The position numbers were made by a program, and so were the translations under genes. The notes below the pieces were generated by a model, which ran no database searches, was not told where the DNA came from, and was given only the letters and a program-made list of their open reading frames with translations. DNA of 64,000 nt from Candidatus Latescibacterota bacterium (GTDB lineage: Bacteria > Latescibacterota > UBA2968 > UBA8231): assembly GCA_965197905.1 (NCBI GenBank), contig CBDAOB010000002.1:32001-96000 (forward strand), read 5' to 3'. Positions 50,199 through 60,492 of the stretch are shown here, piece after piece; positions within the stretch are counted from its first letter, which is position 1; every line of letters starts with the position of its first letter.

Positions 50199-51203
50199 CT
50201 ACGCCGCCAGCACCTGGCGCGCCGCGGCGGTCGTTTCTCGCACCTGGTCCATCGTGCCCATGCCGAACATGGTAGCGGTAACTCCCACCTTGTTGAAAAC
50301 GAAGTCGAACGCCTGCGGCCCAAGGAACCGGCCGCCAGCCATCGGTTTGATCGACATCACCGGCTTCTTCGCGTTGGTGATGGCGTCGAGGGCGATCTCC
50401 TGGGTGGGGAACATGAAGGTGCCCGGCTTGTTGACGGTGGTCAGGTATCCATCCACCGGGATATTCTCTTGTTCGAGAAGGGGGATGGTGACTCCGGCGT
50501 GGTGCACGCTGGTGATCACCGTGTCGTAGCGCTCGCGCAGAAATGCGACGTATTCGCGAATCAGGTCGAAACGACCGGTCATCGCCAAGAGGTCGATCTC
50601 GGCGCCGGGATCGGCGATCAGGATATCGCAGCCCTCGAAGAAACCCAGATACCGCTCGAGGATGCCGTAGTCGACGGAGAGCTTCGCCGCCTCTTCCTCA
50701 GTGTAGGGCAGGACCTTCTCCGGGGTGGCCAGATCGTCGAACGAGCCGCCCATGGCGTAACGCACGATCTCGTCCTGGCGAATCTTTTCACGGAATTTCT
50801 CACCGCCCACCCGTTCGTTGTTCTGATAGAACGTGGAGTGAGCTCTAGGCGACCAGGAAACGATCTCGCCGTCCAGCACGATCGGCAGGAAAATGTAGGC
50901 TACCAGGGCGATATGCTTCTGCAAGGACTGCTCTGCCTCCCAGACTGCCTGCAGGTGGAGACGGTCCAGGGTCGGCAGCATATGATCGACCTGAACGGCG
51001 GTAATGCCGGCCTCGTCCACCGCGACCTTGATGACGTTGGCGACGTTTTCGACGCGGCCGAAGGCGTCGAAGTTCTCCGCATCCCGTTTCTTGTCTTGAT
51101 AGGAACAACCGTCGTACGGATGGATGCCCATGATCAGGCGAGGCACTTCCGCCTTTCCGACCTTGGCGGTCGGCACGCCACACGCTTCCAGATAACTCTG
51201 CAT
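50199..51203 (-). CDS. Hypothetical protein, divergent AKR-like TIM barrel
   Basis: VPRLIMG N-terminus and SIKPMAGGR...GMGTMDQV C-terminus; AGGAG RBS. Confidence 0.65.
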   Translation of the reverse strand: MQSYLEACGVPTAKVGKAEVPRLIMGIHPYDGCSYQDKKRDAENFDAFGRVENVANVIKVAVDEAGITAVQVDHMLPTLDRLHLQAVWEAEQSLQKHIALVAYIFLPIVLDGEIVSWSPRAHSTFYQNNERVGGEKFREKIRQDEIVRYAMGGSFDDLATPEKVLPYTEEEAAKLSVDYGILERYLGFFEGCDILIADPGAEIDLLAMTGRFDLIREYVAFLRERYDTVITSVHHAGVTIPLLEQENIPVDGYLTTVNKPGTFMFPTQEIALDAITNAKKPVMSIKPMAGGRFLGPQAFDFVFNKVGVTATMFGMGTMDQVRETTAAARQVLAA

Positions 51204-51245
51204 GATCGCTTTCTCCTATTCCTTATTGGTGGTCTCGAAAAGATA

Positions 51246-53153
51246 TCAAAAATCGAGGATGGGCAAATACCCTGACGGCTCCATCGCGTTCGGCCGGTAT
51301 CGGTACGGCACCGGCGGAACATTGGAACCAGGCCCCCAGATCTGCCACTCCCTGTCGTTGATGGTCATCAGGCAACCGGGTCCGTAGCCCGGAAGATCCA
51401 ACACGTTCACGGTGCGGATCCACCCGCACTCGTCCGGTAAGGGACGGATCAATCGACCGCTGCGCGGATCGCGGATGCCGCGCCGGTTGAGCGCCAGGTC
51501 GGCGCCGTCCACACCCCATGGGATGGCGCGATTGCCGGTTTCAGCGGACATCTCCATCCAGCGCTCGATCAGATTGAGCTCGTCGTCGAGAAGCACGGTG
51601 ACGCCCGGCTCCCGCCACTGGGTAGTAGTCAGTATCTGGTATCCGGCGCGCCCCGGAATAAAACGACCCAGCGCGTAAAGCTGCACGTGACCCCACTTGA
51701 GCTGGGTGAGAATCTCGCCGGTGTGCGGCTCCAGCTCCAACATGCCTTCTTCGCCGGCGGCGACGTAGAGCCTTGGCTGGGTGCGCAGGGCGAAATACCC
51801 GATGGCGTCAGAGTGGTCGGGCAGCCCCAGGTCCCATACTGTGTCTCCCGCCGGCGACAGCATGGAGCGGCTGGCGACCAGGTAATCCGGTTCGTCCGCG
51901 CGGATGCGCACTGGGAGGGGATGGTGGCCCGTGTTCAGCGCTTTGTGGTAGACCAGGTTCAGGTGGCAGTCGTAGACCCAGAGGTTCCAGTAGCGGTCCT
52001 TGATGTAGAATCCGGGCGGCTCTCCCAGCTTTGTGATCATGGGACGGAGCGCATCCCCCAGCAGGAGCTGGTGCGGGTCGTCGTCATCGCGGTAATGATT
52101 GGCGGGGGGTGTCTCCACCGTCTTGCGGTGCCCTCCGCTCAAGGCGTCGTGGATGTGAATGCCGAAGTCGGTGGTGAACACCAGCTCCCTGCGGCCATCC
52201 CCATCCAAGTCGAAACAATAGAGCGGCAGATCGCCGCCGCGGCTGATCGGGTACTCGTAGGATCCGCCGATGGTCCACATTGGTCCCCGCAGCAGGTGTT
52301 GACAATGCAATTGGGTGCCCAGCGATTCGTCGCCGATGAGCTCGGGCAGTCCGTCGCCATCCACATCGTGGAAGATCACCCGCCCCTCGCGCAGTCCCGG
52401 CATCAGCTCGCCTTTGGCAAGCAGCTTTATCTCTGGGGCTTCCGGAAGCGGCATTCTCGACTCCACCAACGCGCTGCCCTCAACGTCTACCGTTCCGTAG
52501 GTCGACTCGCCCTCGCAAACCAGGGCGCATTTGCCGAAGGCATAGGTCGAATCGCGAACAGTGGCCATCGGTCCATGCTCCAGGCCGGCCTCCAAACGAT
52601 CTCCCTGCGCCGACACCACCAGCCGGTATTCATCCGGGTCGCCATCCAACGGGATCCGCGCCAGCTCCTGGTGGTTGTCGCCACTGCGCAGCACGATGCG
52701 CAGGCCCACCCCGCGCTCGACGGTGACGGCGTAATAGTGTCGCCCGTCCCGGTAGCGGAAAGCGATGCCGCTGTGTCCGTCCCGGCCCCCCTGAACGATG
52801 CCCCGCAGCTTGCAGTCGGTCCACTGCCAGTTGCCGAAGGCGAGAATGGAGATCGGAGGATTCTGGATGAGCACGAAGGGCTTTACGTCGCCGGACTCGC
52901 CGGATCGGTCGAATTCGGCCTGCAGCCGTCCGCGGCGGATCTCGTACTCCTTGGCGCGGCTGCGAATCTGGCGCACCCGACCGCACTCCACGATCCAGTT
53001 CGGTGCCGACCAGCTAGAGAGCAGTGACTCCTCGCGCACCTGACCAACCCCGAAGGTGTTGTCCACTTGGCGCAGGATCAGGTCGTCGGTCTGCAGCTTC
53101 TCGAAGTTGAGCTGGTACTCGAACGGTTCGGTGGGAAGACCAGTAATATCCAT
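51246..53153 (-). CDS. Hypothetical protein: lectin/DUF1080-like N-domain plus PL11-like FG-GAP propeller
   Basis: SGIAFRYRDGRHYY, DVDGDGLPE, DLDGDGRRE, KDRY, TGHHP, DHSD. Confidence 0.7.
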   Translation of the reverse strand: MDITGLPTEPFEYQLNFEKLQTDDLILRQVDNTFGVGQVREESLLSSWSAPNWIVECGRVRQIRSRAKEYEIRRGRLQAEFDRSGESGDVKPFVLIQNPPISILAFGNWQWTDCKLRGIVQGGRDGHSGIAFRYRDGRHYYAVTVERGVGLRIVLRSGDNHQELARIPLDGDPDEYRLVVSAQGDRLEAGLEHGPMATVRDSTYAFGKCALVCEGESTYGTVDVEGSALVESRMPLPEAPEIKLLAKGELMPGLREGRVIFHDVDGDGLPELIGDESLGTQLHCQHLLRGPMWTIGGSYEYPISRGGDLPLYCFDLDGDGRRELVFTTDFGIHIHDALSGGHRKTVETPPANHYRDDDDPHQLLLGDALRPMITKLGEPPGFYIKDRYWNLWVYDCHLNLVYHKALNTGHHPLPVRIRADEPDYLVASRSMLSPAGDTVWDLGLPDHSDAIGYFALRTQPRLYVAAGEEGMLELEPHTGEILTQLKWGHVQLYALGRFIPGRAGYQILTTTQWREPGVTVLLDDELNLIERWMEMSAETGNRAIPWGVDGADLALNRRGIRDPRSGRLIRPLPDECGWIRTVNVLDLPGYGPGCLMTINDREWQIWGPGSNVPPVPYRYRPNAMEPSGYLPILDF

Positions 53154-53458
53154 GGTTGCTGTTCAGTCTATGTTCGGTATCTGTAATCAGTGGGGGCGGT
53201 ATCCGACGGTCGGCGGAAAACCGGCAATTAATGAGAGGGTTAGGGCTGATGGCGTCAAGAGAGACGACACTACCCTCGCAGACAGACGGTGCGGTCGCGC
53301 TCCGGATCTTACTTTCGTCTCAACCAAGAGATATCAGGCTCTCTTCGCTTCAGGGAGCAGTGAGGGGCCTGCATATTGTCGGCGTCCAGATTCCTTTTAC
53401 CTTTTACCTTACGGTACCGAATCGAAACAGGGCGGAGCCTTGACTGAGGAGACGATCA

Positions 53459-53749
53459 ATGAGCAAGCAGACGAGCGAACATAGTTGCGATATATGCGCC
53501 GGTCCGGCGGACGACACCGTGGAGATGGTATTCTACCCGATCAAACACGAGGATCGGAAACCCGATCTCTACCGCGCCAACATTCGGTTTGATACCTACG
53601 AGTACGGCGAGAACGAGAATCCATCCACGGGAGACGCGAACATCTGTGTCGACTGTTTCCTGCGTCACTGCATCGACAAGCTGCCCCGCATCGACGCGCG
53701 TTTGATGTATCGCGACGGCCACCACGCCTACGAAGAGAGTTCCACCTGA
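53459..53749 (+). CDS. Small Cys-motif (zinc-finger-like) hypothetical protein
   Basis: GAGGAG RBS, CDIC and CVDC. Confidence 0.7.
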   Translation: MSKQTSEHSCDICAGPADDTVEMVFYPIKHEDRKPDLYRANIRFDTYEYGENENPSTGDANICVDCFLRHCIDKLPRIDARLMYRDGHHAYEESST

Positions 53750-53787
53750 GCACGATCCCGTTAGAATAACCGAATCCTCGCTCGAGA

Positions 53788-55965
53788 ATGACCAGGGAAT
53801 CCGCAGACCCCGTCGTCAGCCGTCACGTAGCGGTGTTCACCGAACCACCCAAACGGGTCCCAAGCGTGTACGGCGTGGACGGCCCGCTGCTTGGGAACGG
53901 AGATGTGGGGGTCGTGCTTTCCGGCGAGCCCGAAGAGCAGACCTTCTGGATTGGCAAGATCGATTTCTGGAGCAAGGTGCTCTACATACCGCTGCCACCC
54001 GGTGCCGTTACGATCTCGATCCCAGCTCTGGTCGACGCCAGCTATCGTCAGGAGCAGGATCTGCAACACGCCGAGGTCCGTGGAAGATTCGAGAAGGATA
54101 ATATCCGGGTAACGACTCGATCCTGGACACCGGCAACCACCAATGCGCTGGTGACCGAGCTAGCTAACGGCGGCGACCAGAGCCTCGACGTCATCGTCGA
54201 TCTGTGGACCAATCAATCGAGCCTCAAGGAATATCCGGTGGGGTTGATGCCGCTGGAGCGCAGGCGGGTTCTGGAGTACCGCGAGGCGCGGGAGTATCCG
54301 ACGGACGCCGGCACCGATGGAGACCTGCTCTGGATTACACGCCACGCCGAACCGCAGGATGTGAAAGGCATGGACGCAGCCATGGCGACCAAAATCGTCG
54401 GGGTGAACCCGGAGGTCGACACCGACGATGCGGCGAAGTCGACGGCGGCGTTTCTGCTGGCACCGGGGCGCACGGTGCAGATCGTCACGACGGTGGTGAC
54501 CGACCTTGATGTGGAGCCGGGGGATTCGCTGGAGGTGGCCAAGTACCAGGCGCTGGAGGGGGACACCGCCGCGCTGGACTGGCTCAACTTGGAGCACCGG
54601 CAGTGGTGGTCCGACTTCTGGTCCGCCTCGTTTCTGGAGATCGCCGACAAGAAGGTGGAGGCGTTCTGGTACGGGGCGCAGTATATCATGGCCTGCTGCA
54701 ACCGCGCGGGAAAGCTGGCGCCAGGGCTCTGGGGAAACTGGATCACCACCGACCGCTCTCGCTGGAATGGGGACTACACCCTCAACTACAATTTTCAGTG
54801 TTCGTATTTCGGCATCTTCGCGGCCAACCATCCGGAGCTGGCGATTCCGTACTACGACGCGGTGCTCGACTTCGTGCCACGGGCACGCAAGATGGCCCAG
54901 GAGCATTGCTGCTGCGGCGTGCATTTTCCGACTCACATCGGACCGTACGGACTATGCGATGCACGCACCTACGGACAGCGCAGCAATGCCTCCTACTGCG
55001 CGGTCATCTTCGAAGATGGGTACAACCACACCCTGGATGAGAAGCTATGGCGCGAAAAGCTGTATCCCTTCCTCATCGAGGTGGCGAACTTCTGGGAGGA
55101 CTATCTCGAGCAGGACGATAGCGGCCGCTACGTGGTGTACCGCAGCAATGCCCACGAATCCGAAAACTGGGGCAGGGATACCAATGCCCTGCAGCATCGC
55201 GGATTTCTGCGCCGGCTGTTCCAGACCTTGCTCGACGCCAGCGTCGATCTCGGTACGGACGTGGAGCGCCGGCAGAAATGGTCCGATATCGTTGAGAACT
55301 TCAGCGACTACACCTACGTGGAGTTCAACGGAGTAACCGTGTTCAGCCTCACCGAGAACGAACCCCACTTCAAGAAGGGGGGCGCCTCTCTCAATGCGAT
55401 CTACCCTGGTGCCCAGGTCGATGAGGAGTCGGACGAGGAGGTGCGGCAGATCGCCCTGGATTCCATCGAGCAGGCGGACGCCTGGGAGGGAAACGGATTC
55501 TGCCGCTCCTTCCCGGCAGCGGTACGAATGAACTATCCGGGCATTCTGGCAAAGCTCAGGCAAACCCTTGACGAGCTGATGCCGCCCAACCTCTACGTCC
55601 GTGGCGGCGGCGGCATCGAGACCTGCGGAGCCAGCCTGGCGGTCAGCGAGATGCTGCTGCAAAGTCACCGGGGTTATCTGCGTTTCTTTCCCGTGTGGCC
55701 CCGGGACCAGCCGGCGCGGTTCGGCACGCTCCGCACCTTTGGAGCGTTTCTGGTGTCGGCCGAACTGAACGAGGGAGTCGTAGAGAACGTGGGGATCGTC
55801 AGCGAGAAGGGACGGGACTGCACGATCGCGAATCCGTGGCCGGGCAAACACCCCCGCGTGACGGAAGCAGCAAACGGAAAGAGCGTACATACTGTGGCCG
55901 GGGACGGCGACAGATTCACCTTTGCCACCCGCGCCGGCGGCAGCTACTGCTTGGAGCCAGGCTGA
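53788..55965 (+). CDS. GH95-like glycoside hydrolase
   Basis: LLGNGD, PGLWGNW, WNGDYTLNYN, EMLLQSH, GAFLVSAE. Confidence 0.85.
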   Translation: MTRESADPVVSRHVAVFTEPPKRVPSVYGVDGPLLGNGDVGVVLSGEPEEQTFWIGKIDFWSKVLYIPLPPGAVTISIPALVDASYRQEQDLQHAEVRGRFEKDNIRVTTRSWTPATTNALVTELANGGDQSLDVIVDLWTNQSSLKEYPVGLMPLERRRVLEYREAREYPTDAGTDGDLLWITRHAEPQDVKGMDAAMATKIVGVNPEVDTDDAAKSTAAFLLAPGRTVQIVTTVVTDLDVEPGDSLEVAKYQALEGDTAALDWLNLEHRQWWSDFWSASFLEIADKKVEAFWYGAQYIMACCNRAGKLAPGLWGNWITTDRSRWNGDYTLNYNFQCSYFGIFAANHPELAIPYYDAVLDFVPRARKMAQEHCCCGVHFPTHIGPYGLCDARTYGQRSNASYCAVIFEDGYNHTLDEKLWREKLYPFLIEVANFWEDYLEQDDSGRYVVYRSNAHESENWGRDTNALQHRGFLRRLFQTLLDASVDLGTDVERRQKWSDIVENFSDYTYVEFNGVTVFSLTENEPHFKKGGASLNAIYPGAQVDEESDEEVRQIALDSIEQADAWEGNGFCRSFPAAVRMNYPGILAKLRQTLDELMPPNLYVRGGGGIETCGASLAVSEMLLQSHRGYLRFFPVWPRDQPARFGTLRTFGAFLVSAELNEGVVENVGIVSEKGRDCTIANPWPGKHPRVTEAANGKSVHTVAGDGDRFTFATRAGGSYCLEPG

Positions 55966-55995
55966 GATTTACTCGCTTCGTTCTGCGTGGCCGCC

Positions 55996-56934
55996 TCAGG
56001 GTTTCCAGGTGTCCACGATCTTGCCGTACTCCCGCGCCTGCGCCGCGATATCCAGACCGACTTCCTCACACCAGGCATCGTAGAGTTTCTTGTAGACCGG
56101 TCCGGGCTTTCCGTCCCCCACGGTATTGAAGTTGAAGCGGGTGATCGGAATCATGCAGATGGTGGTGCTGGTGGACCAGGCTTCGCTGGCCTGCAGGACG
56201 TCGTACGGGCCGAGGTCGGTTTCCACGACAGTCAAACCTACTCGCTCGATGACCTCGAGGCAGGCCTTGCGGCCGATTCCGAACAGGATGTTGTGGACTC
56301 TCGGGGTCAGGATCTGACCGTCCCTGACCATGAAGAAGTTGTTGCCGGTGCCCTCGGTCAGGAAACCGCGGTCATCGGTCAGCAAAGCGTTCAAGTCGTC
56401 TCCCATGCGCCCGACCTCGATGTCGGCCAGCTTGTAATGCAGGCGGCTGTGGGTCTTGGCCCGGGGGCTGATGCAGCGCCATGGCACCGACTGCTGGCGC
56501 GGGGTCACGAAGTGAGCCCCTTCCTCATACCGTTTGGCCATGCGCCCGAGGGTCCGAACGATCGGGAAGATGTTGATGGCAACGATCGGATCGGTGCCTT
56601 CGTTGATGAGCTCCTCGTAGAGACCCATGCCCCCGCGGCTGATGTTGTGGTAGAGGTGAAACTCGAAATCGCCCAGTGCCGGCAGGCTCCGTTCGACCAG
56701 CTCCAGGCTGACTTCCTCCATCTCGTCCTTGCTCAAGCCGCAATCGATCTCCGCGTAACTCAAGGATTCGTAGAGTCGATCCAGATGATCTCGCAGACGA
56801 TATGGTTTCTGCTTGAAGGTGCGCGTGAGCTCGAAACAGATATCCCCGTACATGACGCCGCTGTCGAAGATGGAGATGCGGGCATCTCTTTCGGGAATGA
56901 AGTTGCCGTTGAAATAGACGAGTCGTTCACTCAT
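55996..56934 (-). CDS. Aminotransferase class IV (BCAT/D-amino-acid aminotransferase-like)
   Basis: ISIFDSGVMYGD, HLDRL, AKTHSR, EGTGNNFF, GDGKPGP. Confidence 0.92.
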   Translation of the reverse strand: MSERLVYFNGNFIPERDARISIFDSGVMYGDICFELTRTFKQKPYRLRDHLDRLYESLSYAEIDCGLSKDEMEEVSLELVERSLPALGDFEFHLYHNISRGGMGLYEELINEGTDPIVAINIFPIVRTLGRMAKRYEEGAHFVTPRQQSVPWRCISPRAKTHSRLHYKLADIEVGRMGDDLNALLTDDRGFLTEGTGNNFFMVRDGQILTPRVHNILFGIGRKACLEVIERVGLTVVETDLGPYDVLQASEAWSTSTTICMIPITRFNFNTVGDGKPGPVYKKLYDAWCEEVGLDIAAQAREYGKIVDTWKP

Positions 56935-56980
56935 TTCCGATCCGTTACAGTTTTGTGGGAATGTTACGGCAGGCGATTTG

Positions 56981-57775
56981 TCAGCTTGCGGTTCCGAAGA
57001 TCACCGGATTGATCGCGGGGTCATCAATATAGGTCAGTAGACGCTCGCCAGGTGCTTTGGGCTGGCTGTTGTTGGTGCGCAGGTGAATCGCCAGACTGCG
57101 CCGCGCTTGGGATGATGTGTTGCGATCGCTGCCGTGAAAGACCATCCAGTCGTGCAGGCTCATGGCACCGGCTGACATCAGAGCAGGTACTTCCTCCCAC
57201 TCGGTCTCAGGGGGTCGCTGGATGGCGTCCCGATCCAACTCCTGACCGAAAAAATCGCTGCCTTCGACCACGCCCCAATGGTTACTACCGCGAACGAAGG
57301 TCATCGGCCCCGAATCTTCGTTCACGTCGGAAAGGGCGAGCCATGCGGTTAGCAGCTGACTGCCTTCCTCCCATGTCGTGTCCCAATAGTTGTGGTCTTG
57401 ATGCCAGCCGATCTTGGCATAGGCGCTAGGGTCCTTCGGGGCCGGTGGTTTGAACAAGAACTGCACCCAGAAGACCTGAACCATGGCAGCCCCCGTCGCC
57501 GCCGCCGCCCACCGGCCGATCTCGGGGGAGCTGACCACTTCCTGTATCGCCCGGTTCGCCAACTGGGGAAGTTCGATTTTGCAGAGAATGTTCGGATCAT
57601 CCCCGGGATTCCATGGGGACTCCCGAGGTGGGTGACCGGTGTCGTACTCGCCGGCGCGAATCATGTCCATGCCAGTGCTGGCGCGTTGCACCAGATTGGC
57701 ATCGATGACCGGTTCGTCGAAGATGAAATATCCGTCGTGTTGGAACTGCTCGCTCAGATCGTGTGTTGGGTTCAT
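56981..57775 (-). CDS. PhyH family dioxygenase
   Basis: FQHDGY, GWHQD, VFHGS. Confidence 0.9.
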   Translation of the reverse strand: MNPTHDLSEQFQHDGYFIFDEPVIDANLVQRASTGMDMIRAGEYDTGHPPRESPWNPGDDPNILCKIELPQLANRAIQEVVSSPEIGRWAAAATGAAMVQVFWVQFLFKPPAPKDPSAYAKIGWHQDHNYWDTTWEEGSQLLTAWLALSDVNEDSGPMTFVRGSNHWGVVEGSDFFGQELDRDAIQRPPETEWEEVPALMSAGAMSLHDWMVFHGSDRNTSSQARRSLAIHLRTNNSQPKAPGERLLTYIDDPAINPVIFGTAS

Positions 57776-57853
57776 GTCCCTTCTCCAACTGACGAAGGGC
57801 AGATTATCAAGCAGCGCAACGCTGCCGTCAAGCGTAGCAGAGGTGCCGCCGGC

Positions 57854-60400
57854 TCAGCCTTCGCCGAGCTCCACCACCAGAACCTCACCTTCGAAGCCGG
57901 CCGCATTGAGTCGTTCCACCAGCGCATCCGCGAGGCTGGTGCGGAGCAGCGGATTGGCGGCGATTCTCAGGTTTCCGCCCAACCCCTGGAGGTTTGCCAA
58001 CCCCGCAATTGAGGTGAGCACCTCATTGCCGATGATGTCCAGGTGGCCGCCGATCGTGCGCAATTCCTCCAAGCCCGTCAATGTGGTGAGATCCTTGTTG
58101 CCCCCTATCAGCACAACAGCTCCGGACGGAGCGAATATTACGAGGTTGCCAATGATTAGGTCGCCGTTAATGCTGCGCAGGTTGCCCAGTCCCTCCAGGC
58201 TGGTCAGCCTCTCGTTTTCGTTTATGAAGAGACCGCCATCTATCGCGGTCAAATTCTCAAGCCCGCGGAGATCGACCAGAACGTCGTTGCCAATGAGGAT
58301 GATGCCGTCGCCGGTACGTTCGAGACGGCCCAACGGCCCGAGCGTTGTCAGTATGACGTTGTTGCGTATCGCCAGGGTATCGCCGACCCCCACAAGATTG
58401 TCCAGGCCGTTGAGATTACGCAGCTGGCGATTGGAGGATATTTCCACGGTTCCACCTACCGACCCAAGCGACGAGAGCCCGCGCAAAGTTTGAAGAATCT
58501 TGTTTTGCCGCAGGTATAGGTTGCCATCGACGTTTTCGAGTATTTCGAGCCCCGCCAGATCCACCATGGCGCCGGTACCGGTGATCTCCAGGTTGCCTCC
58601 GATCGATCGAAGGTTGCTGAACAGCTCCATATTGATCGGTGCGCTGGTACCGCCGATCTCCAGGTTTCCCTGAAGGGCGGTGCGTTGTCCCAGCGCTCCA
58701 AGGTCGGTAAGGGCCGGCACAAATCGAAGCACGACATCACCGGTAAAGGTCTCCAACAGCCGATCCGGTCCTCTCAAGCTTTGCAGCAGCTCGTTGGTGC
58801 TGATGCTGAACTCACCATCGACTCTCTCCAGATTGCTCAAACCTTCGATGTTGTTCAGCACCGGGTTGAAGGCGACGATGATGCTGCCGCCCACCTCCTC
58901 CAGGCTCTGCAGTCCGTCGAGGTTTTCCAACCTGTCGGCCCGCAGGATGACAATGCCGTCGCCGACCATGCGCAGATTTTCCAGGCCGGCAAGGGTGGTC
59001 AAGGCTCGATCTTCGTTGACCGTCAATCTGCCGCCCAGCTCCACGACGTTCTCGAGGCCCCTGAGATCGGTGAGGGCACTGTTTTTGGTAATATTGAGTG
59101 TTCCACCGATGCGGCGTAGATGGCGCATCTCGCCGATACTCGTCAAGGCGAAGTTGTCGACGATGGCAAAGCTGCCCCCAATGGTGACGATATGGTTCAA
59201 GAAACTCAGGTCCACTTCGCCGGAAGTAGGTCGAACCGAGATGCTGCCGGCGAAGTCAGCCGGTATGTTGCGTAGCAAGTCGGTATCGAGGCCCTCGAGG
59301 ATTTCCACGAAGAGGTCCCCGGTCAGGGTTGTAAGGGCGGTATCCAAACCCTGTAAGGACTCGAGGGCCCGATTGGAGGAGATATTGACACCGCCGCCCA
59401 CGAAACGCAGGCCTTGCATCGGGTCCACGGACGTGACGTTCTCGTTGGCAATGATGCGCAGGCTGCCGCCCACCGTGGCCAGGTTCGCGATGCCTTCCAG
59501 GGATTGGAGCCGGTCGTTGAAAAAGAAATCCAGATTGCCGCCGACGCTGGTCAACCCGGTTAGCTGATGAAGGTTGACCAGCGTTGAACGAATGAATCTC
59601 AGATTACCGGTAATTCCAAACGGCCGCCCGCCCGCCCTGGCCACCAGTTCATCTAGCTCGTCCGCGTCGGCTATGCGAAAATCTCCCGCGATCAATACCT
59701 CAGCTAGAGGAGCGATGGCGAATTCGAGATCCCCTCCTCGGTTCGCGTCTACCCGAAGCTGCCGGAACACCAGCAGCTGATCGACGCGGATCTCCACGGT
59801 GTAGAGAGCATTCTGGTTCGGTGTGGTTTGGGTTGCTTTTTGCGCCGCGACCGGGTGCTGTCCAACCGCTCCGCGGGCGCCATCCAGCAGGATCATCTTG
59901 CGCACCGAGGCGCCGTCTTCCGTCTGCATCCGCACTAGGTAGAGGCCGGCGCCAACGCCGGAACCTGCGTCGTTGGTGCCATCCCAGACAGCGGTGAAGC
60001 TGCCCGCCGGTTGGAGTCGATCAACCAATCTGCGCACCCTCTGGCCCAGGACGTTGTAGACCGCCAGCCGCACGCGAGATCTGGCGCGCAGCTGGTACGG
60101 AATGATCGTCGACGGATTGAACGGGTTGGGATAGTTGGGAAGCAAAACAGAGGTTGACGGCAGAGCCGATGATTGGTCGTCGACGTCCGTGGCAACACCG
60201 ATAGCGATCTGAAACACCCCGCGGGAGTCGGTCACGGCGGAGTAGGAGCGGGTTTCGTCGGTCGGATCTTCGAACGTGACCTGTGCAGAGGCTACCGGGC
60301 CGCCGCTATCATACAACACACGGCCGGTGACACCCGAGCTAACCCCCGGGGACGCGATGACGACGAGTGCGCACGCGAGCGCCAGGTTTCGCGGGTACAT
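57854..60400 (-). CDS. Secreted protein: internal FlgD-Ig domain plus receptor-L-domain-like leucine-rich repeats
   Basis: Signal peptide, NYPNPFNPST, many LxxLxGLxxLxx(V/I)GGxLxI repeats. Confidence 0.88.
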   Translation of the reverse strand: MYPRNLALACALVVIASPGVSSGVTGRVLYDSGGPVASAQVTFEDPTDETRSYSAVTDSRGVFQIAIGVATDVDDQSSALPSTSVLLPNYPNPFNPSTIIPYQLRARSRVRLAVYNVLGQRVRRLVDRLQPAGSFTAVWDGTNDAGSGVGAGLYLVRMQTEDGASVRKMILLDGARGAVGQHPVAAQKATQTTPNQNALYTVEIRVDQLLVFRQLRVDANRGGDLEFAIAPLAEVLIAGDFRIADADELDELVARAGGRPFGITGNLRFIRSTLVNLHQLTGLTSVGGNLDFFFNDRLQSLEGIANLATVGGSLRIIANENVTSVDPMQGLRFVGGGVNISSNRALESLQGLDTALTTLTGDLFVEILEGLDTDLLRNIPADFAGSISVRPTSGEVDLSFLNHIVTIGGSFAIVDNFALTSIGEMRHLRRIGGTLNITKNSALTDLRGLENVVELGGRLTVNEDRALTTLAGLENLRMVGDGIVILRADRLENLDGLQSLEEVGGSIIVAFNPVLNNIEGLSNLERVDGEFSISTNELLQSLRGPDRLLETFTGDVVLRFVPALTDLGALGQRTALQGNLEIGGTSAPINMELFSNLRSIGGNLEITGTGAMVDLAGLEILENVDGNLYLRQNKILQTLRGLSSLGSVGGTVEISSNRQLRNLNGLDNLVGVGDTLAIRNNVILTTLGPLGRLERTGDGIILIGNDVLVDLRGLENLTAIDGGLFINENERLTSLEGLGNLRSINGDLIIGNLVIFAPSGAVVLIGGNKDLTTLTGLEELRTIGGHLDIIGNEVLTSIAGLANLQGLGGNLRIAANPLLRTSLADALVERLNAAGFEGEVLVVELGEG

Positions 60401-60492
60401 AGTTGTGCCTTTAAAAAAGGTTGAGCCACAGATACCTATTTAGAGGGCAATTACACAAAATTCGTTGCGGTGGGCAAAAAAACAACCATTGG

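Noticed and set aside
53230..53280. Fluoride-riboswitch-like GCTGATGGCGTC
   Set aside because: The upstream half of the motif is absent and the downstream genes are unrelated.
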